In this document: positions 48,178 to 63,967 of the stretch, in pieces
Position numbering within the stretch: the stretch's first letter is position 1
Layout: every line of letters begins with the position of its first letter
Origin: the human T2T-CHM13v2.0 reference genome, Homo sapiens
Reading direction: 5' to 3' (one strand)
Length of the DNA stretch: 64,000 nucleotides
Assembly (NCBI RefSeq): GCF_009914755.1
Contig: NC_060927.1
Position numbers and translations under genes: made by a program
The notes under the pieces: model-generated
What the model was told of the DNA's origin: nothing
Database searches by the model: none
What the model saw: only the letters and a program-made list of their open reading frames with translations

Positions 48178-51100
48178 GAGGTTTGGGCAGTTTTAAGGCA
48201 TATGCAATTCCTAAGAGTCCTCAGTTTTTGAAGAATTGAATACCTATTTATAAATAGTAGCATTTAACAATACCTTATTTATAAGCTTTTCAAATCCATA
48301 CTAGTACTATGTACTGAACTATTATTTCTGTGAATTATTAAGTTGCCTCATACTTTGAGCCTATTCATCCTGAGGACAATTCAGTTTTCAATAATTTCTA
48401 AGCCTTTATTGAAGTCTTGATTTCCCCTTCCATAGAAATAAACAGAAGGTAACTGAGAGAGACAACAAGCCTGTTGTTTATCAGCAAGCTTTTAGCACAA
48501 AATTGCTGTCTGCACAAGTGGTATCAGCAATCATTACACCTGCTTGCAAATGTGAAGACAAACAGGGCCATGATCGGTCAATCTGGTTATTGACTTCAGG
48601 CATCTCACTTCAAAGGTGATTGCAGTTTCACCAACTGTCCCAGCCATGTGTGAAAACTGTGCTTTAAGGAACTCTGCCACCAATGATAGGTTAAATGAGA
48701 AGATTGCTTTGAAAGTTTATGAAGATTCCCCAGGCAATGAGAATATGAGCTGTGATTCTAGCCCCTTCAACTGGCATTTGCAACCATTCTTTTAAATTCT
48801 AGTGTCAAATTTTAAGTATCTCATTGTAGTTTTTCTAACAGTAGCAAATTACAGAAAAGAAGATCTTACTTTTGACTTTTAAACAGCGATTAAGCATTTG
48901 CCTCTAAAATTCTAAATTTGCTTCCTTCATGGTAAGGTCAGCTTGGTTGAATTAGCTAAAAACGTGTACTTCTTCATATACTGACTTCCAGAACAGTTCA
49001 AGTGATCTTTCGCATTATGTTCCTGTAGATACATGAGATTTAGAGAAGAGGTAAAAGCTGAATTAGTCATTATTGCACTAATTTTGTAATTATAAATTTG
49101 CTTGGAGGTCCTTTAAAAGTTTTAATACAATTGATAGCTCGGCCTATTTAAAGAAACAACAGGTCTATGACTATGCACTAGGCTTAGCATTAAATTTTCA
49201 CTGCTTTCTGATGTCAGTGCTTGTTATTGTCTTTGTAATTAAATCTAGTTTCCATTTGTCATCCAAACCAGGCAATCAGCAACTTTACATTTATCTTCCA
49301 TTACCTTCAAAGGAGTATTTTGTGAATCCTCCATTTACTCATCTATTTTCAAATGCCCCGGCCTCTACCTGCCCATATCTCATGAGGCTGTGCACAAAAA
49401 TAAATAAGGCCAGAAAGAATTGAGGTTTATAATTATACAGCTTATTGACCCTTAGAGTGGTGTTTTTAAAATTACTATTTTTAGTGATTTTTTTTTTTAA
49501 ACAATTAAAGATTCAGAAAAAGGCAGAATTGTGGACTTGCTTTTCATGTCATCTCCACGAAGACGTTAAGAAGAGCTGCTCTGCACCCATCCTGTTTGTA
49601 AAAACAGCCTTCCCAGAGGAACCCCACACCATTATTGTTCTCCCCGTTCCTGCTGGTAATTGATTCAGGAAGCTTTCTTGAAGAATGGGGGTTTCTACTT
49701 CATTATCACTACTGCTGAATATTTTACACATGGATGGTAAAAAATTTTAATGCAAGAAAATTAATAGCAATACAACTATAATGAATATAATTTAGGCCTT
49801 CAGGGTACAGAATTTGCAGTGCTGCAAACATTCATTTTGAACATCAGTGATAATTACATTGTAGCTATAAAAATACAGAAAATGGACTGAAATGACCTTC
49901 CTTCTGTAATACTCTGCAAGTTGTTCGATAAAAGGAATTCTGTCACTTGTTCAGTTGTCTGTTTCGTATGTAGGGGAAGTTGGAGGTAAGGGTGTGTGGA
50001 ATGGGAGACAATGAGAGGAAGGCAGATGGGAGTGTGGGATGTAGTTCTTTATTTTGTAATTGTATTACAGTATATAAGAAAGAGTGATGTTAGTAAGCTT
50101 CAGCAAGGACCCACCATAAATGTAGGTAGAGGCAGGTACAGAGAGCAGGACACCGAAACAAGTTATATGGTCTCAGTAATGGGACAATGCCACTTTGTTC
50201 TCTTCTTCTTCTTCTTTTTTCTTTTAGGGAATGCAAGTCAAACAATAAGTGGAAGACTCTTGAGCTTAGTCACCCAGGTTATGACATGAAGGTCAGTTTG
50301 GTCTCTCTCTTCATTTCCTCCCGCCCCACGGGGAGTCATCTGCTTGAGGAAGGAAAGACACATTGCCGGGCTACAGCGCAGGGCCCATTGTCATGCTGAG
50401 CCACCCTTGCTTCCCTGCAGGCCTCCTGAGTCGCAGCCTAGGAATGTAGCAAGAGGTGAGCCAGTGTGGCCGGGTTTTCCTCTCCCACACGCCAAATATG
50501 TCCACAGCTTCGGGTACCACTTTCCTCTGAGCAAATTCTTCCCCACTCTCTTTCAAAATGTTAATTAGAGTTTATCCACTATGTTCCCAGCATTACCACT
50601 TTTTGAGCAGGTAAATCAGATAATTCTTCTCATGAGCTTCAGCTTCCTGCTGAGTTGTGTACTCTCTCGCGGAATGACTGAGGAAAGGTGCTGTGCACAG
50701 TTGGTCCAGTTAATGTGTGGCTGCTCCACTCCTCCAGCTGAGACCATTTGTTTGAAGGATATTCCCATCAGTTACAATGGAATCTTGAAACATTTTCACT
50801 CCAGTATGCTGCAATCTTGCAATCTCCTTGAGCACTAGAGAGATTTTTTTTTCTTAAGGCTTTTTTTTTTTTTTTTTTTTTTTTTAGATTTCACCAGTAG
50901 GAGGAAGCCTCCCTCGAAATGAGCGAGGCTCAGCAGGTCTGGCACAGCTAACCTTGATCGTTCCTAGCTGGTATCTTATTGCTGCTTCTTGCCCAGCCTC
51001 CTTTCTGTTTTTTAACCTGGCCTCCTCTTTTATGTTCACTTATTTCATTATTTGAAAGAAAACAGCAGGACCTGGAAACTCTAGTCCAGTCATGCTCCTG

Positions 51101-51818
51101 GACTTCTGTCTTGCCCTGCGGTCTCTTTTGATCTAAATTTGTTTCTCACTGTTACAAATATGGTCGCTGAGAAGCCTGCAGAATCTGAAATAAACTAAGG
51201 GTTTGTATGAGGAAGCATATATTAATATAAGTGTGGAAAGCAAGGTTTATCTTCTATATATTCGTACCTGATCTCATGTTGGCTATAATGGCAGATACTG
51301 CATCCTTGCTTCCCAAGCAGAGGTTTTATGGCCACAAGGAAGTATGAGTTCCTACATTTAATTACAACATATGGTGAGTTACAACATGCTCTGCTGCTGG
51401 TTTTACCACTTGAGAAGTAATTGGGGGATTGTCCATTCTTAGATATTTAATTGCCTCAGGGCTGCAGAAGAGGTGTTGCCACAAGCTGGTTTCACAATGA
51501 AAGGCCACCTCAGGGATGCAATAGATTAGGCTGGCCTGCTTTTCTTGGGCAAAGACAACATGAACTCCAGGCTGCCTTTGTAATAAACTGCTCTTTCATC
51601 TTTATTTTTTGCTTTCTTGGCTGGCTTTTAGAAGAAAAAGTCAAATTTTAAAAGAAATGGTACTTAAATTGGAAATTGGCTGCTCACGATTCAGTTAGGG
51701 AGGGCACATGTGGCATTCTATCAATGACCCATCATGTACATATTTTTATTTGAATTCCTGTAAGTGGCTGCCCTTTTCCTAAATCTCCTTAATTTATTCA
51801 ATAAAAGTGTTATCCCCT

Positions 51819-52104
<286 letters not shown>

Positions 52105-52619
52105 CTAAGGGTTTTAAATTTTATCTTTTTTTATATTACGTATTTCATGTTGGATATTTAAAATAATATTATTAGTTTGTGTTAATATACTATGTTCCAT
52201 TTGAGCCATGTTGACTTTTTAAAAGAATTTCAAGATACAACTTATATCTACATTTGGACCATAATGTGAATTCATGATTTTCAACTCACTTGAAATACTA
52301 AGTTTTTAATTGAGTTGATTTGTTTTGTAGACTAACTTTATGTGTAATTGAAATGTTTCTTTTATAGATACTTCAGTACATTTTGTTGCCATGGATTCAT
52401 TTCTCACATCTAATTCCTAACCCTGGAAAAATAATTTTTAAAAATTAGCAGAGAATATTTCTTTTTAGATGAGTCTTAAGACCTTTCCAGTTCCAGATTG
52501 CTTTCTGTTGAAATGAGAAGTTGTGTTTTAGAAGGACACGATTTATCTCCATGATGTCAGCCTCAAAAATCAATCAGCCTAAATAAGGAACTAGAGCTTC
52601 ATGGAGAAAGGCTAATTTC

Positions 52620-53835
52620 ACGGTTGTGGCAGGGAAGGTACATGATAAGCCTGGGATTTTTGTGTCAGAAAATAAGGAGGTGCTCAAATGATGGTGAGTA
52701 TGCATCAACATGACACAGAAGCCAGCTTGAATGAATTCCAACTGGTATCCCCGTTCAAATCTGGGATAATTTTAGCAAGAGCGAGAGAGAGAAATTAATT
52801 AATTATAAATGAATGAAATAAGAATTAATGGGTCCAAACTCATAATAGCTAAATAAGGAAGAAGAAAAAGCTGTTTCTCACAGCAAAATCCTGGCTGATA
52901 GAGAAGACAAATGGATAAAATGGAGTTAGAAAATTACCATTTTATAACCATCAGAGTAAAACTGATTCTGGCTAGAATGATTAATAGATGCCAGATCTAG
53001 CAGAGGGAATTTTGATGAGGAGCAAGTTATTTACCCAGTCTCAAAATGCCTCTCCACAAGTTACTTAATAATGATGAGGGAAAATAGTGTAGAAGCAGAA
53101 TAACATCCTACTTAACCAAGTAGATCAACACTGATATCATCAACAAGAGGCAAAGGAATATCAAGTGCCTCCCAATGTGATAACACAAGCAAAACAAAAC
53201 ATCACTCATGTGGTAATCCAACCAAAAATGGATTAGCTCTGTCTAATCATAAGGAAGCAGCAGAGAAACCCAAATCTTAATAGATATATTCTATGAAATA
53301 ACTGGCCTGTATTAATCATAAATGCCAATGGCATGAAAGACAAAAGAATGTTGAGAAAGTGCTTTAAATTAAATGAGTCTAAAGAGACAGGACAACTTAA
53401 TGCAATATGTAATCCTAGACAGTATCCTGAACTGGACAAAGATTCTTTAAATAATATTTTGGAAACAATTAAGGAAATTAAAATGAACTTTAAAGTATTC
53501 TATCAATGTTAAATGTCCTGAGTTTTTAAAATATTTGGTAATTATTACACATTTAATAATTATACTGTGGTTAAGGACAAAATTTTGTTCTTATGAAATG
53601 TAAGCTGAAATATTAAGGGATAAAGAGGCATTATGTGTGCACCTACTCTTATATTGTTCAAAAAATATATATTTAAAAATGTGTAATATATTTAAATAGA
53701 TATACATAGATGAAACAAAGCAAATGCTAAAACTTGGAAAATCTGGGTAAAGACTTTTTCTATTTAAGTGTTCTTTTTACTGTTCTTGCAATGTTTCTGT
53801 AAGTTTGAAATGACTTCAAACACAAAAATAAAAAT
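52620..53835 (+). mobile_element. L1MC4/5-type 3' region
   Basis: Recalled motifs (ggagttagaaaattaccattt, cttaaccaagt, ctaatcataaggaa, aaataactggcctgta, tatcaatgttaaat, ttctgtaagtttgaaat). Confidence 0.7.
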
Positions 53836-54048
53836 AGAAGGAGACAATCAGCCAAATTACTTTTGTGAATACTTAATACAGCCTCATTACTCTGAAAAAC
53901 AAAAAGGTACTAAGAGACATAGAACTATTCATTAGAACTTTAAAATCTATAGGCTATCCAAAAAAGACAAAAAAGTAGAAAGAAACACCTTTAAAATCTA
54001 GTGGAGAAGACTATATTAGCATATAAAATAATTAAATGAATTAATCTT

Positions 54049-54216
54049 TTTAAAAAAACTTTTTAAGACAGAATCTTGCTCTGTTGCCCAGGCTGGGGTG
54101 CAGTAGTGTGATCTCGGCTCACTGCATCCTCTACCTCCCAGGGTGAAGTGATTCTCCTGCCTCAGCCTCCCCAGTAGCTGGGATTACAGGTGCCATGCCA
54201 CTGTACCTGCCCCTGG
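54049..54216 (-). mobile_element. Right-arm-only Alu with long TSD
   Basis: TAATTAAATGAAT(T/G)AATCTT at ~54029 and ~54217. Confidence 0.85.
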
Positions 54217-54399
54217 CTAATTAAATGAATGAATCTTAAGAAATAAATGAGCTATTTATTATTGTTTATTCATACAAGTTATGGAATAAACCTTTACAAG
54301 TTAGGAATGTATTTATTTGTCCTAACTTTCTAGCTTTCTTTCTGAAGTCATGTAGACTCAGTTTATTATCTGGACTTTTTTTCCCCCCAGTTTGACTAT

Positions 54400-54570
54400 G
54401 TAATAGAAAAGCATTGTCCTAGGATTCAGGATATGTAGTTCCTAGCCCATCTCTGTCATTTAAGAGCTGTTTGACTATGTCAAGTCACTTGACTTTTGTG
54501 GACTCAGTTTCTTCACCTGTGAAATAAGGAAGATGAACTCAAAAATCTTTGAGCTCTTTCAGCTTTAAAG
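54400..54570 (+). mobile_element. MIR
   Basis: caagtcacttgac..ctcagtttcttcacctgtgaaataagga. Confidence 0.75.
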
Positions 54571-54875
54571 GCCTATGATGCCACATGGGATGAAAATCAT
54601 AAGAGCTAATGAAAATAGCTGGATATGTTAAATCTCCTTTGGTGATTTGCAGTTAGGATGCATAAGCAATTGATCAAACTTCTATGGAGGCTAGACACTT
54701 TGATGGTAAAATCACTTTATATTCCAGTGCTGCTTTTATTTTCTCAAGCATTCCCATGCCTTTAATATGATTTGACACTTCTAGCAAAGTTGCTGTGATA
54801 TGAGTAGGGCATATATCATCAACTCCATTTTTCAAAAAACAAAACTGAGGCACTGAGAGGTTACTTACCTTTATA

Positions 54876-55167
54876 CCTTTTTTTTTTGAGACAGAGTCTT
54901 GCTCTGTCGCCCAGGCTGGAGTGCAGTGGCATGATCTCGGCTCACTGCAACCTCCGCCTCCAGGTTCAAGCAATTCTTCTGTCTCAGCCTCCCGAGTAGC
55001 TGGGACTACAGGCATGCACCACCATGCCTGGCTAATTTTTGTGTTTTTAGTAGGGATGGAGTTTAACTGTATTGTTCAGGCTGGTCTCGAACTACCAACC
55101 TCAGGTGATCTACCCCCTTCGGCCTCCCAAAGTGCTGGGATTACAGGCAGAGCCACCATGCACGGCC
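54876..55167 (-). mobile_element. AluS
   Basis: TSD acctttata. Confidence 0.92.
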
Positions 55168-56674
55168 ACCTTTATATGTTTAAACAAATTAATATTTCTT
55201 TCTTGATCTATAAACTCAGAAATCTGGATTCATAGTCCTATAAAACAAGAAAGAATGCCCCACATACTCCCTCTGTCTCTGTGCTATCTGCATTTCCCAA
55301 CTTTTTACATTGTCAATATTTCTATCAGTTGGGTTCTGTTCTCAATGACTGATTATTCTGTACTTTGCCAATAGGTTGATTGATATTTTTTAAGTAAAAG
55401 GATTTTGCACTATTATAATAATGTGAATATTATTACCTAAGGCACAAAGTAGCATGATTGGACCCATAAAGAAGGAGATATATAACTGTGTGTTAATAAA
55501 CCTGTACTAATTGAAGAAGAATATTTCAAGTGTCAAGGTCAAATAGATTCTCTTCTTCAATTTATTTAAATATTACACAACATTATAGATTGTTTTATAT
55601 TTATACCATGATTTCTTTACACATCTTTTCAAGAATTTGAATTTCTAATTCACTTTTTTTGTGAGCAGAATTATAATATGCCTTCAGCTTTCATCTTGTC
55701 AAAGATCATCCAGTTCTTAATAACAATATTTCCTACTTGAATATTTCTACTTGAAACTTACTCTTCAGAGCCCTCTGATTTCCTATTACTATTTGGACTG
55801 TTGATTTCCTAGGCTTGCTAGACAGCTCTCATCCAAAAATTATTTTTCATAGATTTCTAGGTAAAGTTTACTTTTTTCTCGGCTGCCATAATCTTCTTTG
55901 TCTTGGGTTACTTTTTATTTTTGCTCTGGTACGTCCCCAGATAATTGTTTTTTTCAGAAAGTATGCATGGGAGTTAAAAAATAAATTAGAAAAGTCCATA
56001 ATTCTAGTTTCAAGAGAATTTTCCCTCAGAACTATTAAAGCATTTTCTATGATCCTCTAGCAACCAATTTTGCTGGGAAGGGACTGGCACCAGTCAGATT
56101 CTGATCTCTTTATAGATAATTGGTTTCTTTTCTCAGAAAGTTTTTAGGCTTTATATTTTGACATGGGGAAGTTTCAGAAAAGGTGTCTAGATGTGCATTT
56201 TTAAAAATTTGTGTATCATTTGCTGATCTCCTTATGCTAAATTGCTTAGTCAACAGAAACAGAGAGGCAGCAGTTACATGCCAAGTACACATAACAAGGA
56301 TCTTAGCCCTTTATAGGAAGGTTGTTTGACTTCTTTAGAGATCACTTTTTTGGTTTTAGTTTAAATAAGGCTACACATCACCCTTGTATGTAGATGAGGG
56401 AGTACAGAATGGGTTGAAGGTGGGCTTGTACAGCTTTACTGTAAGCGTTAAACCCATACCCTTGATTTCTGTCTCACTTTCCCCTGGCATTCTTGCCAGT
56501 TTCAAGCTTTGAACTTGCAGCTTTCTTCTGTTTAATTTCTTGGCTGTAGATTCTCTGGCTTCAATTTATAACAACAAAATCTAACTTTTATTAAGCAGCA
56601 TTCCAGGAACTGTCCTAAGTATTTATATTGTGATTTACTTGGCCAATCCTCACAACAACGCTATGAGGTAGCTA

Positions 56675-56915
56675 CAGTCGACTCTGAGTATATGCAGGGA
56701 ATTGGTTCCAGGAACCCCACATCTGCCAAAATCTGTGCATACTCAAGTTTGGCAAATTGGTCCCTTGGGAAATGGCGTATGCAAAAGTTAGCCTTTATTA
56801 TAGGCCAGTTTCGCATTCCACAAATACTGTATTTTTGATCTGCCCTGGGTTGAAAAACAATCCACATGGAAGTGGACTCATGCAGTTCAAATCCATGTTG
56901 TTTAAGGGTCAACTG
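56675..56915 (+). mobile_element. MER8 (Tigger-family MITE) inserted in a MIR (~56590-57010)
   Basis: ta-cagtcgac..ttggttccaggaacccc..atactcaagt..aatactgtatttttgatc..gcagttcaaatccatgttgtttaagggtcaactg. Confidence 0.8.
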
Positions 56916-57624
56916 TCCCATAATTATCCACGTTTTATAATGAGGAAACAGGATTGCTCAAAGTCATACAGGTTATGACTGGCAGAGCTGATATTTGCAT
57001 CCAGGCAGTCTGCGATCCCATCCTGCACCTCTCTTGGAGAAATATATAGAAATCTGTAATTCCTTGATCCTGGGATTTATTATGAACTTATTCTCTTTTA
57101 TATGCATATATTTTAAACCAGCATTTCAGTGGAATGTGAGGTTGAGGGGCCAAGAAGGAAAGGCATGGTGTTCTGTCTGCAACAGTTAATTGAAATCTAC
57201 CCATAATTTCTGAGTGCCAAATTCACCAAGGGTAAATCCAGGTATAGGCAGTTGCTTATGCTGTGAGTTTACGCAGCATAATGACAGACAATGAGCAGTC
57301 AGAGACTTACTTTTAGAGGTCTAAGACTGCTGTGGCCATTCTTTTCCTTCACTTTACCTCCTACTGCTGCAGCTAGAACAACCTCTCCCTGAGAGAACCT
57401 AAAGATACAGGTTCCATCTAAAAACACCCCCTCCACCCCGTTTCCTTCCATGCTCATTTCTCTGATTAGACAGGTCTAGGTAGGGCTGGTAGGTGGAAGG
57501 AGGCAGACAACCAAAGGAAAACAGCACTAAGGCTAAAGGAAGGAGAGAGAAAAGAATGAAATTTGTTTGGGAAGCTAGACTTGACCCCTGTTTCCTGCTA
57601 ATTACCAGAAGTCTATAATGAGTC

Positions 57625-57800
57625 ATGCGTTGTTATAGGTGTTCTGTGTGTATCATTCAATTTACTTTTCATAATGACCCTGTAGCAAAGGTATAGCAAA
57701 GGTATTACACCCATTTTATAGATGAGGACATTAAGGCTTGGAGATGTTAAGGAATTTACCCAAGGTTACAAAGGAAGTATGTTCATCCGACTTTAAAACC
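57625..57800 (-). mobile_element. MIR
   Basis: cccattttatagatgaggacattaaggc..tttacccaaggttaca. Confidence 0.7.
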
Positions 57801-57979
57801 CATGCCAATTTCTCTGCCATGATGCCTTTTGACTCCTTATGGCAGCATTTGGAATGGAGCAGGTGTTAGTGCAAGCTCACCCTCCCTCCCTTTCTCTCAG
57901 TACACTCCTACACTCATAGACACACAAACACAAATACACACACAAACACACACACACATGAATTAACTAATTGAACTGA

Positions 57980-58371
<392 letters not shown>

Positions 58372-58645
58372 CAGTAATGAAACTTTCTAGAGGCGGGGAT
58401 AGGGGAAAAGGGTGTGGAATCTATGTTCAAATAGTTGGCTTCTTAAAGATCAGGACTGGAGGGGCTGCACAAGTCCATTGCAGAAGAGCAACTCTTTCTA
58501 ATTTGCCACTGGGCCTGGAATTCTGACTCTGAAGCTCAATTCTCTTGAGGTAAGATATTTTGCCATATTAAGAAGCAAAATACTTTCTTAGGAGTCCTCA
58601 TCACCTTATTGTGAATTAAATTTATGAAATTTCTTCAAATGTTAG

Positions 58646-59275
58646 TGTAATAGATCACAAAATGGTCAAATTACTTATAACCCTGTTCACAAAATGGTCA
58701 CAAATTACTTATATCCCTTTGCAGTGGGATTTTTGCCAGGCCTCGCATCAAAAGGTTGAGTTTATTTCTCTATCCTTTAATCCTGGGTTTGGCTGGGTAA
58801 CTTGCTTTGGCCAATGGAACATTGAAAAATATGGTGCAGGCTGGGCATGATGATCCATACCTGTAGTGCCAGCTACTCAGGAGGCTGAGGCAGGAAGATC
58901 ACTTGAGCCCAGGAGTTTGAAGCCAGCCTGGGCAACAGGCTGGGCAGATATGGTCTCTGAGAAAAAAATGTGCAGAGGCTTGAGGGGGGCTTGCATATAG
59001 GGTTTACCTTTTCCTGCTGCTGAGAATGTTTCTGCCACCATGTGAACTACACTCTTTGAGGATGAGAGAACATGTGAAGAAAGGCCTTAAACATACCAGT
59101 TGTCCTAGCTGTAGCCCCAGATGTGAGAGGGAGGCCATTTTAGATCACGCAACTTCAAATGAGCTGGCCTCATCCAGAAACACTATCACCACCAAATTGT
59201 GAGGAAGTATAATTGGCTGTTTTAAGTCCCAAAGATTTGTAGTATTTTGTTGTGAGGCAAAAGCTACCTGATGTA
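58646..59275 (+). mobile_element. MLT1F/G/H-type MaLR LTR interrupted by a FLAM (~58838-58968)
   Basis: aaaatggtcacaaatt..aacttgctttggccaatggaa..tgccaccatgtgaac..gaggccattttaga..tgttttaag. Confidence 0.7.
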
Positions 59276-60321
59276 TGTACCTAGTTGAAGTAGGCTGGGG
59301 AAGGGGGAGCAAAACAGGAAGGAAAGGAATTGAGTAGAAAGCACCTTGATTATCATTTGTGCAATGTAAGGTTCCTGAATGTTTGGGTAGAGACAGGGCA
59401 GCCCCTAAGGAGAGAGAAGTGCAGAAAAGAATGAAGGGAGTCCACTAAACACAAAGTTCACTCTTCCTCATGACTGACCTTTTTATAACTCCAAGAAGAA
59501 ACATCTAGAATGTGAGCACTTTATCCCATTGTCAGGGTTTTGCTGTAATTTGAACAATTCAAAAGTGATTTGACACTCTTGTTTACTTTTTACTTAGTGG
59601 TTCAGCAGAGATAAATAACTTCCCAGTAGATTCATTTGAATTTCATCTTGACCCAGAACTCTGGAGTGCAAATATAACCATTATCTGAAACTGTGAAACA
59701 TCAGAAGTGGAAGCCATCTCAATCTGTTTTATGTCCAACTCCCGCCACCTTGTTTTAACATGGTACCGTGTTAAAGAACATCAGACATTCTAATTCAGTA
59801 TCACATCTTTATTTGAGTAATATGCTTTCTCCCTCCTCTGCCCTCAAGTATAATGCTTTCTCTGTCTTTTGCAATATAAATGATTCACTTTGTTATGTGG
59901 TTATTCAAATGGATGTCTGCTGTCTTCAGAGGCTTTAAACTTTCTCTGGGAAGAGATCTTGTTTTATTATTCATTCTTTCATTAATTTATTCATGCAGGA
60001 AATGTTTATTGTACAATGGTGGTTCAGGCCTGCTTTCAAGGATCTTATTATCTAAGTACAAGAAAAGAAAACATAAACCAGTTTTTAAAGAGCATGTTAA
60101 TGTTGAGTATTTACAAAATGTATGAGCACAAAGAAGAAAGAATTGGCTTGACACATGCACCTATATTCTAACTCATGTTTCCTCTTCTACACTTGACTCC
60201 CTAACATTAAGTGTGCACTCACTCAACAGCCAGAGTGATTAGATATATCTAATTAGATATAACAGCCAGATAGATTAGATTATATCAATCCTCCACTTTA
60301 AATTTTCAATTTAAATTTCTT

Positions 60322-60613
<292 letters not shown>

Positions 60614-61829
60614 TCAATTTAAATTTCTTACTGGTCTTACAAAGCCAATGGGATGTGGCCCCTGACTGTAATTCAGTCATGCTGGCTCCTTTCAGTTCTT
60701 TGGGAACTCTAGCTTGATCTCTAGGCTTAGCACCTCTGAACCAGTGGTTCCTGATGCCAAAATGCTATTCCTCCTATTTCTGCATGATTAGCTCCTTCTT
60801 GTCATTCAGAACTCAACTTAGGTGGCTGGATTCCTGATACCTGATGTAAGTAACCAGTCAGTTAACGGATGTCATTTGACTCTGTGTAACACTAGCCATG
60901 ATTTGTTAGTGTCTTTGTTTTCCTATATCCCTCTCTTTCCCCTCCCTCCCTCTCTTCCTTCCTTCCCTTTCTTCCATTTCTTTCTTCCTTCTTTCCATAC
61001 CTCCTTCATTTTTCTTTCCTCTTCCTTAACTTTATGCCTCTCTCTCTGCACTAGAATGCATGCCCCATCAGAACAGTGACCTTGTTGTCTCCTGCTCCCA
61101 TGCCTATTCCATAATAGGTATTCAATAAGTACTCCTGGAGTACATGAACAGATGGATAGAAGAATTCTAAATGCCGGAGGATGTGCAGGTACATACTAGG
61201 TGGAATGCAGGGGGGAATGGCTTTTTAGACAGCGAAAGAGCACCATATTCAAACACGTGAGACAAGGAACAAGAACATTAGAAGTATATTGGGTTGGCTG
61301 GAATACAAGGTTTGGGTTAAGTTTGGGAAGAGCAGGAAAATAAAAGGAGGTGAGAATTGAAAGATAGTTTTGCTGTCTTTCTACGCACGCACACACACAC
61401 ACACATCCTCCCAAGAAATTTTTCAGTCTCAGAGCTAGTTTGTTGATTGACACACAGATATTCAGATTTCTGCTACTTTTTTTTTTTTTTTTGACATTGC
61501 TACCTTGCAGGAAGACAATGAGATGGACTTGTCAAAAGCTACTGACATTTGGTCTGTTGTAAACAACTCGTTGAAGAGTTTTGACTTTTGATTTTTAGTA
61601 GGGATTTTTTTTTTACATTTTTTTGAATCGTTGGAAATAGATTACTGAACCTGGCCAAATGCAGGAAATATATAAATCATCATTTTATATCATTTACTCA
61701 TTTGAGTCTTACAATAAATCACTGCAAGCAGCAGATTTATTTATTACTCACACACACATATAAATGTATTTTATATATTTGGGCTTTGTTTACTATTTAT
61801 GAGGTTTAAAACAATTTTGGGAGATCAGA

Positions 61830-61985
61830 TGAGGCTTTCATTCACTTTGATAGCTTCCTCATCTGTAAAATGGGAGAAATAATAATGTATAGATCTCAAA
61901 GGGTAGTTGTAACCCTTAAATGACTTAAATTGCAAAAGTGTTTAGATCAGTCCTTGGGGTAATTGTTAGCCTTTATTATTATCAT
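61830..61985 (+). mobile_element. MIR fragment
   Basis: ttcctcatctgtaaaatgggagaaataata. Confidence 0.7.
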
Positions 61986-62905
61986 AATTGTTTGCTGCTC
62001 ACATGAAGAGAAACATGAGTTGAAGGAATTTTACTCTAGGTCCCAAATTCTACTGTAAATGCAATTGCATTTTGCTGGTGAAATACTTTCTGCCATTTTG
62101 CCATTGTGGAAACATTGCTTGACAATGACTGATGTCATTTCTTGCATGCTTTTTAAACTTGGTATAAATGAAGTCTAATCGATTGAATTATATCAAGCCC
62201 ATTGTTTTCATTTTTAAAAACAATACGAAGGCCAGAACAAGCCAGGGAGATACTGAGTAAATATGAAAAGAGAAATCTCTACAGAAAAAGTATTCTTGTA
62301 GAAAAAAGAGAAAAGTATTTTCCTTGCAGCAGGGCCCTGACGTGAATCCATTTCAAGAGCTGATCGCAGTTGCTCTGTCTCTGACTCCTGGCTCCAGCCG
62401 TTCTCACCAAGACTCTAGGCTAGTTGTGGCCTGTGGTTCTGCAACTCAGCTCTTCGAAGGGCAGGAAGGAAGGGTGGACCTGCTTGAGATTTCCTGTCTT
62501 GCTGTGAGTCACTGATACAGAGCACTTCTTTTGCACTTCGCTGTCTACTATCCAGAGAGCAGGAATGCAGCAGCTGAAGTCAAACCGGAACCATCCCTCT
62601 GCGTCATGATAACTGCTCTCACCACCTATTCGTGCATGGTCTGCACATCCTCAGGGGTTGCTCTTCCGCCTATGGAGCAAGACACTGAAAGAAAGGCTCT
62701 ATTATCTCCTGTAAGGAGAAGATAATAAAACTTATGACAAATAATATCTTTATGTAACATTTAGGTCTGGTGGAAAAGGAAACTTATTTTATAGATGGGA
62801 GACAACTCTTCAATGCTGACTAGACTAGGGAAGATTGTAAGCCTGTCTCATACGTAATTCCCTTTCTTTCCCTGCCTGCCTTTATTGTAAACAAATTGAA
62901 GTTGA

Positions 62906-63816
<911 letters not shown>

Positions 63817-63967
63817 TCAAGACAGCTGTGCTACCTAACTTCTAAGCCTGTTGGAAGGATAAGTAATAATAGTGATTGAGCATATGTTTTACACTAGATA
63901 TTATATAATCTATATATATTATTGGTGATCATCACAACCTCCACAAGCTTTCCATTCTACCAGCTGC

